Source of the DNA: an uncultured Gemmatimonadaceae bacterium
Lineage (GTDB): Bacteria > Gemmatimonadota > Gemmatimonadetes > Gemmatimonadales > Gemmatimonadaceae
Direction: 5' to 3'
DNA: 64,000 bases
NCBI GenBank assembly: GCA_963843845.1
Contig: CAWJMB010000006.1
Coordinates: 1-64,000 of the forward strand
Positions 1 through 10,162 of the stretch are shown here, in pieces; the first letter of the stretch is position 1, and every line of letters starts with the position of its first letter. Below the pieces are notes generated by a model that had not been told where the DNA came from, searched no databases, and saw only the letters and a list, made by a program, of their open reading frames with translations. Made by a program: the position numbers and the translations under genes.

Positions 1-87
1 TCACGAAAGCCGGCGCGTCGACTAGGCTACAGGAGTGCCGCGACGCACTTTCGAGAGCACGACCTCTACGACCTACCTGGACCGCGC

Positions 88-615
88 ATGTCCCGTACGC
101 TGCCGCTCGCCCGTACCGCCCTCGTCACCGCGATCGGGCGGGACACACCGGGCACCGATCTTCCCCGTCTCGTGAAGGTGCTCGACGCCCTGATCGCCTG
201 GAGCGTCGCCCGTCCCGCCCTGCTCACGTTCCACGAGGACGAGACGCACGCCGACGTCGTCAGCTTTCGCCGTACCGGCACGAAGGCCGTCGTCTGGTCG
301 GCGCAGGTGGTACGCGGGGCGGGACCGAAGCTGGAGATCTACCCGCCCGCCGGCCGGCCGTTGAGCGCCGAGGACCGGGCGGAGGTGATCCAGACGCTGA
401 ACGCACACGCGCGCCCCGAGCTGCACGACGGCGACCGGTTGCGCATCGGGTTCGGCGCCCTGAAGAACGAGGCCGCTCGCGCGGCGGTGCTCGCGCTGCT
501 GAAGCGGCTCCTCGCTTCCGACGACTCGGCGGCCGCGACGACGTCGGCGACGACGACGTCGGCCACGGCGTCGGCCACGGCGTCGGCCACGGCGTCGGCG
601 CCGCCGCCGGCATAG
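88..615 (+). CDS. Hypothetical protein with Ala/Thr/Ser-rich C-terminal tail
   Basis: 175-aa ORF with GC3-rich codon usage; tail encoded by a 12-bp repeat (CGGCCACGGCGT). Confidence 0.65.
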   Translation: MSRTLPLARTALVTAIGRDTPGTDLPRLVKVLDALIAWSVARPALLTFHEDETHADVVSFRRTGTKAVVWSAQVVRGAGPKLEIYPPAGRPLSAEDRAEVIQTLNAHARPELHDGDRLRIGFGALKNEAARAAVLALLKRLLASDDSAAATTSATTTSATASATASATASAPPPA

Positions 616-652
616 TCCGATCGCGCCCCCGACGCGGATCGCCGGCGCCACG

Positions 653-1247
653 GTGCACGCGCCGCCCGTTGCACGCGCGGCTCGACGCCGTGTGCGCCGA
701 CGGCTGGTCGGTCTGGGAGCGTTCGACCGAACCGTGCGGGCGACGCGCTTCCACCCGTTCGTCGCCGCCGACTACGAGGCGGTGCGCGCCGCCCTGCTGG
801 CGCTGCACACGCCCGGACGCCGCTTCCTCGAGTGGGGGTCGGCCTCCGGCGTCATCACCGTCATGGCCGACCTCGTGGGCTTCGACGCCTGCGGGATCGA
901 GCTCGACCCGTCGCTCGTGGCGACCGCGCGCGCGCTCGCGGCGCGCCACGACTCGCGCGCCCGGTTCGTCGCCGGGAGCTTCCTCCCCGCCGGCTACCGC
1001 TGGCGATCGCCCGACGGCGACACGCGCACCGGGCACCATCGGCGCGGGGCCCTCCGGCTACCTGCGCTCGGGCGCCCGCTCGACGAGTTCGACGTCGTCT
1101 TCGGCTATCCGTGGGGGGGCGAGGCGCCGCTCATGCGCGACGTGATCCGGCGCTACGGCCGGCCCGACGCGCTGCTGCTCCTGCTACGACACGATCGAGG
1201 GCGTGCGCCTGTACCGCGACGGGCGCGAGGTGACGCCGCCCCGCTGA
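653..1247 (+). CDS. Class I SAM-dependent methyltransferase (frameshifted in assembly)
   Basis: FLEWGSASG motif I, GIELD motif II, DVVFGYPW; coding pieces switch frames; TGA at 1245-1247. Confidence 0.65.
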
Positions 1248-1261
1248 CCGGCGGGCGCCGC

Positions 1262-1316
1262 GTCCCCTTGCGTTTTTATGGGAAGCGCGCATCTTCCCAT
1301 CGAAACGTTATGGAGG
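1262..1316 (+). promoter_or_regulatory. Putative PadR operator/promoter region
   Basis: AT-richer patch with inverted repeat ATGGGAAG-N7-CTTCCCAT (1278-1300) and GGAGG RBS just before padR. Confidence 0.5.
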
Positions 1317-1321
1317 CGGCG

Positions 1322-1675
1322 ATGGGACGGGTGGAGCTCGTGCGCGGGACGCTCGACGTCATGATCCTCAAGGCGCTCGCCTGGGGCCCCAAGCACGGCT
1401 ACGCCGTCACGCGCTGGGTCGCCGATGCGTCGGGCGGCAAGCTCGATGTCGTCGAAGGGGCGCTCTACCCGGCGCTGCACCGCCTCGAGCGGCGCGACTT
1501 CGTGACGAGCGACTGGGGGCTCTCGGAGAACAACCGCCAGGCCCGCTTCTATCGCATCACCGCCGTCGGCCGGCGCGCGCTGACGAGCGAGGTCAGCGCG
1601 TGGGAAGAGTACGTCGCGCTCGTCGGGCGCGTGCTCGCGGCGCCGGCGTCGCCCGCGACGGCCGAACGGGCGTGA
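1322..1675 (+). CDS. PadR family transcriptional regulator (acidobacterial type)
   Basis: GTLDVMILKAL..HGY..GALYPALHRLE..WGLSENNRQARFYRIT. Confidence 0.92.
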   Translation: MGRVELVRGTLDVMILKALAWGPKHGYAVTRWVADASGGKLDVVEGALYPALHRLERRDFVTSDWGLSENNRQARFYRITAVGRRALTSEVSAWEEYVALVGRVLAAPASPATAERA

Positions 1676-4392
1676 TGCCGAACGACGCACCGCGCCGCGT
1701 GTTCCGCCTCCCGGCGAGCGCTCGCCGCGCCGCCGCCGACGTCGAGCGCGAGATCGCCTTTCATCTCGCGATGCGCGAGGCCGATCTCGTCGCCGCCGGC
1801 GTTCCCGCCGACGCCGCGCGCGACGAGGCGCGGCGCCAGTTCGGCGACCCCGACGAGATCGGGGCCGAGTGCCTGGCCGTGGAAGGCGAGCGACAGACCC
1901 GTCTGCGATGGCGCGATCGCGCCGAGGGCGTCATGCAGGATCTCGTGCACGCGGTGCGCGCGCTTCGCCGCGCGCCCGGCTTCGCCCTCACCGTGGCGCT
2001 CACGTTGGGCGTCGGCGTCGGCGCGACGACCGCGGTCGCGACCGTCGCCGACGCGGTGCTCGTGCGCGCGCTCCCGCTCCGCGAGCCCGAGCGGGCCGTG
2101 GCGCTCGTGCCGCGCGTCGGCGCGGAGACGCGCAACGGGTCGCCGGCGTTCTACTTCGCGTGGCGCGAGACGAGCCGCACGCTCGCCGCCGTCGCCGCGA
2201 CGACGACGCGCCGGGCGACGCTGCTCGGACGCGGCGACGCGACGCGGCTCGTCGGCGCGGCGGTCACGGCCGACTTCTTCACGACGGTCGGCGCCTCGCC
2301 CGCGCTCGGCCGCGCGCTCGGGCGCGACGACGACCGGCCGGGAGCGCCGGCGGTCGTCGTGCTCGCGTCGCGTACGTGGGCCACGGCGTTCGGCGGCGAC
2401 CCGCGCGTCCTGGGCCACACGGTCCAACTCGACGGCCAGCCGCGCACGATCGTCGGCGTCATGCCCGCTTCGTTCTCGATCGCCGACGGCGACGCGGCGT
2501 TCTGGGTGCCGTTGGGCCTCCCCGCGTCGCAGCGCGAGAACTACACGCCGTACCTCACGCTGATCGGCCGGCTCGCACCCGGGGCGACCGCGGCCGCCGC
2601 GTCGCAGGAGCTGACCGCGATCGTGCGGCGGCTCGGCCCCGGCGCGGCGGACGACGGCGTGGTGCCGACGATCGCGGCGCGCCCGTTGGGCGCGTATCTC
2701 GTCGAGGCATACCGCACGCCGATCCTGCTGATGGTCGGCGCCGTCGCCGCCGTGCTGCTCATCGGCTGCGCGAACGTGTCGACGCTCGTCCTCGCCCGCA
2801 GCGTCACACGCAGCCGGGAGCTGGCGGTGCGCGCGTCGTTAGGCGCCGGGCGGGGGCGCCTCGTGCGGCAGCTCGCCGCCGAGCACCTCGTGCTCGCCGC
2901 GCTCGCGGTGGTCGTCGCGCTTCCCGTCGCCGCGGCATGTCTGCGACTGCTGACGACGACCGTGCCGGCCGACGTGCCGCGCCTCGCCGGCGTGACGCTC
3001 GACGCGCGCACGTTCGGCGTCGCCGTGCTGTTCGGCACGCTGGCAAGCCTGCTCTGCGGCCTCACGCCGGCGCTGCACCAGCGGCGGCTCGACGTGGGCG
3101 CGATCATGCAGGGCGGGACACGCACGGCGGGCGACCGGCGCGGCGAGCGGTGGCGCCGGCTGTTCGTCGGCCTCGAAGTGGCCGTCGCGTTCACCCTCGT
3201 CGTCGGCGCCGGGCTGCTGCTGCGCAGCGCGGCGTCGCTCGCTCGCGTGCGGACGGGCTTCGACGTCGCGCGCGTGCTGACGGCGCGCGTCGCGCTGCCC
3301 GAGCGTGACTATCCGTCGCTCCCCGCCGCGATCCGCCTGCTCGACGCGATCGTCGACGAGGCGCGCGCGCGGCCGGGGGTGGCGGGCGCGGCGCTCGTCT
3401 CGCGCGTACCGTTAGGCGGCAGCGCGACCGGCGTCGACGTCGCGCTCGATGGGCAGCCGCTGAGCGGCGCCTCGCGCGTCGGGGTCGCCTTCCGCATCGC
3501 GAGCGGCGGCTACTTCCGCACGATGGGAATCCCGCTCGTCGCGGGGCGCGATCTCGCGGCGACCGACGGCGCGAACACGCCGGGCGTCGTCGTCGTGAAC
3601 GCGGCGTTCGCGCGGCGCCTCGGCCTCACCGCGACGTCGATCGTGGGGCGCCGCATCCGCAGCGACAACGGCGCGTTCACGGATGCCGCGGGCGCGCCGC
3701 GCCCGCTCGAGGTCGTCGGCGTCGTCGGCGACGTGCGCGAGGACGGGCCGCGCGCCGACGCGGAGCCGGCGTTCTACGCGCCGATGGCGCAGGTGTCTGA
3801 GGAGCCGTGGAACGACTGGATCGGGCGCGAGATGCTGCTCGTCGCGCGCGCCGACGTCGCGAACGGCGACGCAGGAGAGCGTCGCGCGCTCGCCGCGCTC
3901 GCCACGCAGCTGCGCGCCGCCGTCGCCAGCGTCGACCCGCGCCTCCCCCTCTACGACGTGCGGTCGACCGGCGAGCGGCTCCGACAGTCGCTCGCGATCG
4001 AGCGGTTCGAGACCGCACTCCTCACGCTGCTCGGCGCGCTCGGCCTCGCGCTCGCGGCGTTAGGCATCCACGGAGTCGTCGCCTACTCGGCGCAGCGGCG
4101 GGCGCGCGAGGTCGGCGTGCGGCTCGCGTTAGGCGCGACGGCGAGCGAGGCGGTCGCTCTCGTCGTCCGGCAGTCGATGCGGCCCGTCGTCGTCGGGCTC
4201 GTGCTCGGCGCGGTCGGGGCGGTGGTCGCGGGGCGGGCGGCGCGCGGGCTGCTGTTCGGCGTGGCGCCGTACGATCCGGTGACGCTGATCGGGGCGGCGA
4301 TCGTGCTCGGGGGGGCAGGGCTCATCGCGGCGGTGGGGCCGGCGCGGCGGGTGGCGCGGGTCGATCCGGTGATGGCGCTGCGGAACGAATGA
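1675..4392 (+). CDS. ADOP-type duplicated MacB/FtsX ABC permease
   Basis: EIAFHLAMREADL N-terminus, two MacB_PCD+FtsX halves, RELAVRASLGAGRGRL, ends RVDPVMALRNE; ATG overlaps padR stop. Confidence 0.92.
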   Translation: MPNDAPRRVFRLPASARRAAADVEREIAFHLAMREADLVAAGVPADAARDEARRQFGDPDEIGAECLAVEGERQTRLRWRDRAEGVMQDLVHAVRALRRAPGFALTVALTLGVGVGATTAVATVADAVLVRALPLREPERAVALVPRVGAETRNGSPAFYFAWRETSRTLAAVAATTTRRATLLGRGDATRLVGAAVTADFFTTVGASPALGRALGRDDDRPGAPAVVVLASRTWATAFGGDPRVLGHTVQLDGQPRTIVGVMPASFSIADGDAAFWVPLGLPASQRENYTPYLTLIGRLAPGATAAAASQELTAIVRRLGPGAADDGVVPTIAARPLGAYLVEAYRTPILLMVGAVAAVLLIGCANVSTLVLARSVTRSRELAVRASLGAGRGRLVRQLAAEHLVLAALAVVVALPVAAACLRLLTTTVPADVPRLAGVTLDARTFGVAVLFGTLASLLCGLTPALHQRRLDVGAIMQGGTRTAGDRRGERWRRLFVGLEVAVAFTLVVGAGLLLRSAASLARVRTGFDVARVLTARVALPERDYPSLPAAIRLLDAIVDEARARPGVAGAALVSRVPLGGSATGVDVALDGQPLSGASRVGVAFRIASGGYFRTMGIPLVAGRDLAATDGANTPGVVVVNAAFARRLGLTATSIVGRRIRSDNGAFTDAAGAPRPLEVVGVVGDVREDGPRADAEPAFYAPMAQVSEEPWNDWIGREMLLVARADVANGDAGERRALAALATQLRAAVASVDPRLPLYDVRSTGERLRQSLAIERFETALLTLLGALGLALAALGIHGVVAYSAQRRAREVGVRLALGATASEAVALVVRQSMRPVVVGLVLGAVGAVVAGRAARGLLFGVAPYDPVTLIGAAIVLGGAGLIAAVGPARRVARVDPVMALRNE

Positions 4393-4404
4393 CGCTCGAC
4401 GTGC

Positions 4405-4812
4405 TGGTGACGGCGGGACGAACTGCTGAACTGATGGCCGAACGGCGGGACTAACGACCGAACGGCGGGACTCACGGCGGGTGCGGCGGGGCTGGACGGG
4501 CGGAACGCCGCTGAAGACGCGGAACGCAACCGCACCGGCGGCACGAAAGGGCGACTGCGGAACGCGACTGCAGACGCGGGACGCGTACCGCGTCTATCAG
4601 CCATCCAGCGAAGAGCTCGCAGTACGCATCCCGCCCGTGCAGTCCCATCCCGCCGTTGCCGTTGCGTTCCGCGTGTTCAGTCGCGTTCCGCGTCTTCAGT
4701 GGCGTGCCGCGGCTTCAGCCCCGCCGTATGGCGGTGAGTCCCGCCGTTCCCGCAGTCAGTCCCGCGTTAGGCAGTCAGTCCCGCCGTTCGACGGTCAGTC
4801 CCGCCGTCGAGC
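4405..4812. repeat. ~400-bp imperfect palindromic intergenic repeat element
   Basis: Left ACGGCGGGAC x3 and CTGAAGACGCGGAACGC mirrored by right GCGTTCCGCGTCTTCAG and GTCCCGCCGT x3. Confidence 0.8.
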
Positions 4813-4814
4813 AG

Positions 4815-5303
4815 TCAATAACTCCGCCGATAGAGCGCCGCTCTGCCTGGCCCGTTCCGCCGGTTCCGCTGTCGCCCCCACAGCCGCTCGCAGGAGACGC
4901 GACCGATGAACCGGATCGTGTCCGGCTCGGTCGGGTGCAGCATGTCGAACGCGATCGAGTCGCTCGCGCCGAGCTGAATCCGCAGAAACGGCGCCGGTGT
5001 GCCGCTCGGATCCGACGACTGCACGACCGCCCCGTCGACGCCGTCGCCCGCGCGCCAGAACGTGAACGCGATCCCCGTCGTGTCGCCGCTGATCGTGTCG
5101 ATGCGCACGTCGCTGTAGGTCGCGCTGTCCGCCGTGAGGCACCCGAAGAACGGCGGCGGCGGTTCGTCGTCGACCGACGCGTTCGCGGCGACGACGGCCG
5201 GCGCGGGCGGCGGTGGCGAAGGGGTCTGCTCGCCGCCGCCACACGCCGCCGCGGCGACCATCGCGCCGAGGGTGCCGACCGAGACGGCGCGCCGCACGCT
5301 CAC
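4815..5303 (-). CDS. Hypothetical lipoprotein
   Basis: Signal peptide with AAAC-GG lipobox, Pro-rich linker, GC3 codon bias. Confidence 0.6.
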   Translation of the reverse strand: MSVRRAVSVGTLGAMVAAAACGGGEQTPSPPPPAPAVVAANASVDDEPPPPFFGCLTADSATYSDVRIDTISGDTTGIAFTFWRAGDGVDGAVVQSSDPSGTPAPFLRIQLGASDSIAFDMLHPTEPDTIRFIGRVSCERLWGRQRNRRNGPGRAALYRRSY

Positions 5304-5701
5304 GTCGCGTCGGGAAGCGAATAGTCGAACGTGTAGGCGTGCCCCGCGCCCGGCCGGTCGATCGTGAACGTGCCGGTGAGGCCGGCGAGCGCCCCCGTCC
5401 CCGAGTCCGGCACGACGCGAATCGTGTGGCTGTACGCGCCGCGGTCCATCGTCCCCACGTGGTAGAGCGCGAACGACCCCTCGCGCCCGTGCACCGTCCC
5501 CCGCACCCGCTCCACCGCGACATAGGCCGCCGACCCCTGCGCCGGGTTCCCCGCGGACAGCATCTCGCCGCGGCTCGTGCCGGCGATGTCGCCCGAGAAC
5601 GTCTTCGCGAGCGACAGCCGTCCGAGCGGCGCGCCGTCGCCCTCCGTATCGGTCGACTGCGGCGTCATGGTGACTTCGAACGTGCCCGTCGCGCGCTGCA
5701 T
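5300..5701 (-). CDS. DUF3224 family protein
   Basis: ATGTFEV..KTFSGDIAGTS..YVAVERVRGTVHGREGSF..VVPDSGTGALAGLTG. Confidence 0.85.
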   Translation of the reverse strand: MQRATGTFEVTMTPQSTDTEGDGAPLGRLSLAKTFSGDIAGTSRGEMLSAGNPAQGSAAYVAVERVRGTVHGREGSFALYHVGTMDRGAYSHTIRVVPDSGTGALAGLTGTFTIDRPGAGHAYTFDYSLPDAT

Positions 5702-5785
5702 CGTCACGGGGAAACCGGGAGAAAGGGTGGGGAGACCGAGGCCTCCAAGGTATCCCCGCGCCCTCTCCTGCACAGCAGCACGCGC

Positions 5786-6409
5786 TCACCCCCCTTCGAG
5801 CTCCGCGATCGCATCCTCGATCGCGACGCGCAGTCGTGCCTCGCGGTCCGGCCCCTCGACCACACCCCCCGCGTAGGTCGCGAACTGCCGCAGCATCTCT
5901 TCCTCCAGCAGCCGCCGCGTCGGCGAGTGCACGCCGAGGTGCTGCATGACGATCGTCGCGAGATCGCGCAGCGCCGTGCGTGTCGCGGCGTCGAGCGCGG
6001 CGAGCGTCTGCGGTGTCGGCGCGGGCGGTCCGGCCGGCGTCGTCACCCCCCGCGTCGCGTGCAGCGCGGCGGTCGGCGCGAGCTCGACGACGAACGAGCC
6101 GGCCGTGTGCTCGCGGTAGCCGGCGACGACGTGCCGGTGGCGCAGCGTCGTGAGCAGCTCGAGGACCGCCGCGCGCACGATCGACACGCCGTCGGCGCTC
6201 GCGTTGCCGCGGCCGGTGATGACGAGCACCTCGCCGCCGACCGTCACCTGTCGCTCCCGCAACCACGACTCGGCGCGCGTCATCGCCTCGCTGCGCGTCG
6301 GGAGGTGCGCGCGCAGGTTGAGGGTGCGCCCCCGGCCGAACGCGATCTCGTCGAACGCGCGCTCGACGCCGACGTGGCGCGTGGCGTCCTTCGCTCTGCG
6401 GCGACCCAT
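5786..6409 (-). CDS. Smr/MutS2-like domain protein
   Basis: TLNLR..EA..VLVITGRGNAS..G..V..HTAGSFVVEL Smr pattern. Confidence 0.7.
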   Translation of the reverse strand: MGRRRAKDATRHVGVERAFDEIAFGRGRTLNLRAHLPTRSEAMTRAESWLRERQVTVGGEVLVITGRGNASADGVSIVRAAVLELLTTLRHRHVVAGYREHTAGSFVVELAPTAALHATRGVTTPAGPPAPTPQTLAALDAATRTALRDLATIVMQHLGVHSPTRRLLEEEMLRQFATYAGGVVEGPDREARLRVAIEDAIAELEGG

Positions 6410-6471
6410 GGACGGCGTCGGGCGCGATGCCGAGCGGTGCGGTGCTTGACGGTGCGGCCGAACGACGGCGC

Positions 6472-8091
6472 CTACCGCCTGAACGGCGCCGCGAGCGCCG
6501 CGTCCAGCACCACGCCGTCGAGCGGCTCCGTCGGCGCGACCCCGAGCACCGCGGCGAGCGTCGGGGCCATGTCGACGGTGCGCGCGAACGTGCCGTACCT
6601 GCCCGGCTTGAACGGCGCGCCGTAGAAGATGACCGGCACGTTCGAGTCGTAATCGTGCGGCGAGCCGTGCGTCGGGTAATTCGAGCCGGAATAGTAGTAA
6701 TACGGCTCGAGCGTCACGTAGGCGACCGCCGGCAGGTCGTCGGGCGTCATGTGCAGCCAGCGACGCGCGTACCGGTCCCCCCGCGCGGCGAGCGCGGGGA
6801 GTGCGCCCCGCTTGTCGACCCGCAGCACGTGCGGGACGCGCTTCAGCCGCGCGATCAGCGCGTCGACCTCGGCGTCGACGTTCAGGCGGGCGCGCGCGAA
6901 CTCGGCCCGGTCGACGAGAATGACGCCGCTCTCGAAGTCGAGCGCGTCGCGCGACAGCCCGCGCGCCGCGAGCGCGGTGCGGACCGAGTCGAACGCCGGG
7001 ATCAGCGCGACGCGTCCGCGGCGCGGATCGGTGCCGGGGAAGTGTGCCTCGGGGGCCGGCGCCATGCCGTGGTCCGCCGTCAGCGCGACGATCACGCGCG
7101 ACGGGTCGCGCACCGTGTAGAGCGAGTCGAGGAACGTGCCGAGCGCGCGGTCGAGGCGCAGGATGTGGTCGTGCATCTCGCGCGAGTCGAGGCCGTACGC
7201 GTGGCCGACCGCGTCGGTCGTCGACAGCGAGATGGCGAGAACGTCGGGGGCCGGGCCGGCGCCCAACTGCAACTGCTGCAGCCCCTCGAGCGCGAACGAC
7301 AGCGTCCACTCGTCCATCCACGGAAACGCCGCGAACGCGGCCGCCGCCGCCGCCGAATCGGTCGGCATCGTCTTCGGGAACAGGTAGCTGCGGCCGCCGT
7401 TCTCGAACGCCTGACTGTCGGCTTCCGCGTACGCGCTCGCCGGCAGCAGCAGGTCCCACGACTGTCCGGCATAGCGCGTGAGCACGCCGCCGTCGCGGCG
7501 GTTGAACCGCTGCACCCACGTCGGGAGGGTGTCGGCGTAGTAGCGGCTCGTCGTGAAGGTGCCGTTGTAGCCGTACCAGTACACGCTCTGGTGCGCCCTG
7601 CCTAACGGGAGGATGGCGCCACGGTCCTTGCGCGACACCGAGAGCGCGCGCGACCGCGGGTCTGCCGTCCGCATCCAGTCGATGAGCGCCGAGCCGCGGA
7701 AGCGGAACGGCGACGCCGGGTCGCCGCGCGGCGCGCCGATGAGCGGCGACTGCGGGTCGCCGACGCCGGCCGCGTTGCGCACGATGCCGGTGTGCGACGG
7801 GAAGCGCCCGCTCATGACCGACGCGTGTCCCGGCGCCGTCTCGGTCGTGCCGTGGTCCTGGTGCGCGTTCGTGAACACCGCGCCCCCGTCGTACAGCCGC
7901 CTGAGGCCGCCCGTGAGCTGCGAGCCGTAGCGCGTGAAGTAGATCGGCGTGCCCTGATCGATCGTGATGAACACGAGCAGCGAGGGGCGCGGCGGCTCGC
8001 CCGACTGCGCGGGGAGCGAGGTCGGGGCGGTCGCGAGCGCGGCGGCGATCGAGAGCGTCGCGAGCGCGGCGAAGAGTGGGCGGAGGCGCAT
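6472..8091 (-). CDS. Alkaline phosphatase PafA / nucleotide pyrophosphatase family
   Basis: Signal peptide, ITIDQ, TETAPGHAS, SRKDRGAI, TDAVGHAYG, LTADHG, THGSPHDYD. Confidence 0.9.
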   Translation of the reverse strand: MRLRPLFAALATLSIAAALATAPTSLPAQSGEPPRPSLLVFITIDQGTPIYFTRYGSQLTGGLRRLYDGGAVFTNAHQDHGTTETAPGHASVMSGRFPSHTGIVRNAAGVGDPQSPLIGAPRGDPASPFRFRGSALIDWMRTADPRSRALSVSRKDRGAILPLGRAHQSVYWYGYNGTFTTSRYYADTLPTWVQRFNRRDGGVLTRYAGQSWDLLLPASAYAEADSQAFENGGRSYLFPKTMPTDSAAAAAAFAAFPWMDEWTLSFALEGLQQLQLGAGPAPDVLAISLSTTDAVGHAYGLDSREMHDHILRLDRALGTFLDSLYTVRDPSRVIVALTADHGMAPAPEAHFPGTDPRRGRVALIPAFDSVRTALAARGLSRDALDFESGVILVDRAEFARARLNVDAEVDALIARLKRVPHVLRVDKRGALPALAARGDRYARRWLHMTPDDLPAVAYVTLEPYYYYSGSNYPTHGSPHDYDSNVPVIFYGAPFKPGRYGTFARTVDMAPTLAAVLGVAPTEPLDGVVLDAALAAPFRR

Positions 8092-8172
8092 GCTGAATCA
8101 TACCGCCCGCGCGCCGCCGAGTGCCGCCGAGTGCCGCCGCGAGGACGGCAGGTCCGCCACTAGATTCCGCGC

Positions 8173-8949
8173 ATGGCTCCGCAGCTGCCCGAGCGCCTCT
8201 GGTTCGTTCGCCACGGCGAGAGCGTCGCGAACGCGGTCCGACTCGCCGCCCACGCGTCCGACGCCCTCGAGGTCGATCTCGAACACCGCGACGTCGACGT
8301 GCCGCTCAGCGCGGTCGGCGCCCGTCAGGCGACGGCGTTAGGCACGTGGTTCGCCGAGCGACCGGCGGACGAGCGTCCCGACGTGGTCGTCGCCTCGCCG
8401 TACACGCGCGCCCGCCAGACCGCCGCGGGGATCGCGGCCGCCGGTGGCACCGCGTTCGGCGCGTCGTTCGACCTGTCGTCGGTCGTGCTCGACGAGCGGG
8501 TGCGCGAGAAGGAGCTCGGGGCGTTCTACCGCCTCACCCGGCGGGGCATCGAGGCGCGCCACCCCGAGCAGTGGGCGCTGCGCCAGCAGCTCGGCCGGTT
8601 CCGGTTCCGCGCGCCTGGCGGCGAGAGCTGGGCCGACGTCGCGCTCCGCCTGCGCGCCGCGCTCGACGCGATCTGCCGCGACCACGCGGGGCGGCGCGTC
8701 ATGGTCGTCTGTCACCAGGTCGTCGTGCTCTGCGCACGCTACGTGCTCGAGCGGATGACCGAACAGGAGATCGTCGCCATCGCCCGCGCGCACGACGTCG
8801 CGAACTGCTCGGTGACGTCGTACCGCGCATCGCCGCACGGCGGCCGGCCGAGCGAGCTCGCGCTCGAGCGGTTCAACTACACCGTGCCGCTCCGCGAGGC
8901 AGGTGCCCCCGTCACCGCCGAGCCGACCGTCCCGGCGCAGGTCGCCTGA
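8173..8949 (+). CDS. Histidine phosphatase (phosphoglycerate mutase family)
   Basis: VRHGES, SPYTRARQTA, PGGES, VVCH motifs. Confidence 0.9.
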   Translation: MAPQLPERLWFVRHGESVANAVRLAAHASDALEVDLEHRDVDVPLSAVGARQATALGTWFAERPADERPDVVVASPYTRARQTAAGIAAAGGTAFGASFDLSSVVLDERVREKELGAFYRLTRRGIEARHPEQWALRQQLGRFRFRAPGGESWADVALRLRAALDAICRDHAGRRVMVVCHQVVVLCARYVLERMTEQEIVAIARAHDVANCSVTSYRASPHGGRPSELALERFNYTVPLREAGAPVTAEPTVPAQVA

Positions 8950-8955
8950 CGGCTC

Positions 8956-9522
8956 GTGTCCACACGTCGCGTCTCGCCCCTCGGCGCGTTGCTCGTTCTC
9001 GCCGCGATCGCGGCCGGACTGTGGCTCGGCACGCGCACGCCCGGCATGCGTGCCGACGCCGAGGCGGACGTCGCAGCGGCGACGCAGGCCGACGGCGCGA
9101 GCGCCGGGCTCGTCCGCCTCCCCGCGCGCACGGTCGACGGCGCGGCGTTGCGACTGACGGCCGCCGGCGCGCCGACGGTCGTCATGGTCAGCTCCGAGAC
9201 GTGCACGTTCTGCAAGGCGGCGCTGCGCGAGATGGCGCGCGTCGCGAACGGGCGCCCGCTCGCCGGGCTGCGCGTCGTCACGCTCGAGGGCGCGGCCGCC
9301 GGGGTGCCGATGACGACGGCCGCCGGGGTCGTCGGCGCGACGCTCGCCGGCCCCGCGTCGCGCTCGGAGGAGGCGCTGTGGACGTTCCAGGTTCGCGGCA
9401 CGCCGACGTTCGTCGCGCTCGACTCGGCGGGGCGGGTGACGGGGACGATGGTCGGGTATCTGGGCGCCGACGCGCTCCGGTCGTGGATCGGCGTGATGCT
9501 CGGCGAGCGCGGCGCGCCGTGA
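8956..9522 (+). CDS. Membrane-anchored thioredoxin-like protein (TlpA/ResA-like)
   Basis: N-terminal TM segment, CTFC motif, GTPTFVALD cis-Pro loop. Confidence 0.75.
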   Translation: MSTRRVSPLGALLVLAAIAAGLWLGTRTPGMRADAEADVAAATQADGASAGLVRLPARTVDGAALRLTAAGAPTVVMVSSETCTFCKAALREMARVANGRPLAGLRVVTLEGAAAGVPMTTAAGVVGATLAGPASRSEEALWTFQVRGTPTFVALDSAGRVTGTMVGYLGADALRSWIGVMLGERGAP

Positions 9523-9523
9523 G

Positions 9524-10162
9524 GTGCGGAATACTCTCTCCGCTCGTTCGGACCTCTCGCGCATGACCGCCGGCACGCCCCAGGACCGCTTCCACACCCT
9601 TGTCGTTCCGCACCTCGACCGCCTCCTCGGCTTCGCGAGCCGCCGCACGCGCACGCTCGCCGAGGCGGAGGACGCGGTGCAGGAGACCTGCGTGCGGGCG
9701 TGGCTCGGCTTCGCGGGGCTGCGCGACCCGGCGAAGGTGCGGCCGTGGCTCTACTGCATCCTGCGCGCGGTCGTCGCCGACGCGTGCGACCGCGACGGGC
9801 GGCGGCAGCGGCTCGTCTCGATCACGCGGCTCGAGGACGAGCACGAGGCGCTCGTCGGCGGCGACGACGACGCAGTGCTCGACGAGGTCGAGGCGCGGCT
9901 GACGAGCGAAGTGGTGCGTGCCGCGCTCGACGCGATCCCGGACGACTTCGCCGTCGCCGTCGAGATGCACGACATCGACGGCTTCAAGTACCACGAGATC
10001 GCCGAGACGCTGGGCATCCCGATCGGCACCGTGATGAGCCGCATCTCGCGCGGGCGGCGGCTGCTCGCAGGCGCCGTCGCGGCGAACCGGCGCGCGTGGC
10101 TTCGCGCCGACGCGAGCGGTGCGGCCGAGTCGTCGCGCACGCACCGAGGGCGCCCCGCGTGA
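9524..10162 (+). CDS. ECF RNA polymerase sigma factor
   Basis: AEDAVQETCVRAW region 2; YHEIAETLGIPIGTVMSRISRGR region 4 (start may be ATG 9563). Confidence 0.92.
   Translation: MRNTLSARSDLSRMTAGTPQDRFHTLVVPHLDRLLGFASRRTRTLAEAEDAVQETCVRAWLGFAGLRDPAKVRPWLYCILRAVVADACDRDGRRQRLVSITRLEDEHEALVGGDDDAVLDEVEARLTSEVVRAALDAIPDDFAVAVEMHDIDGFKYHEIAETLGIPIGTVMSRISRGRRLLAGAVAANRRAWLRADASGAAESSRTHRGRPA

Noticed and set aside
653..1675. Methyltransferase-PadR fusion (340-aa ORF)
   Set aside because: Artefact of a frameshift; padR has its own RBS/ATG at 1322 and the methyltransferase has a stop at 1247 in another frame
4405..4812. CRISPR array
   Set aside because: Repeats are short (10-17 bp), inverted between halves and irregularly spaced; no cas genes
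5715..5770. Imperfect hairpin upstream of the DUF3224 gene as a riboswitch
   Set aside because: No recognisable aptamer consensus; a single stem only
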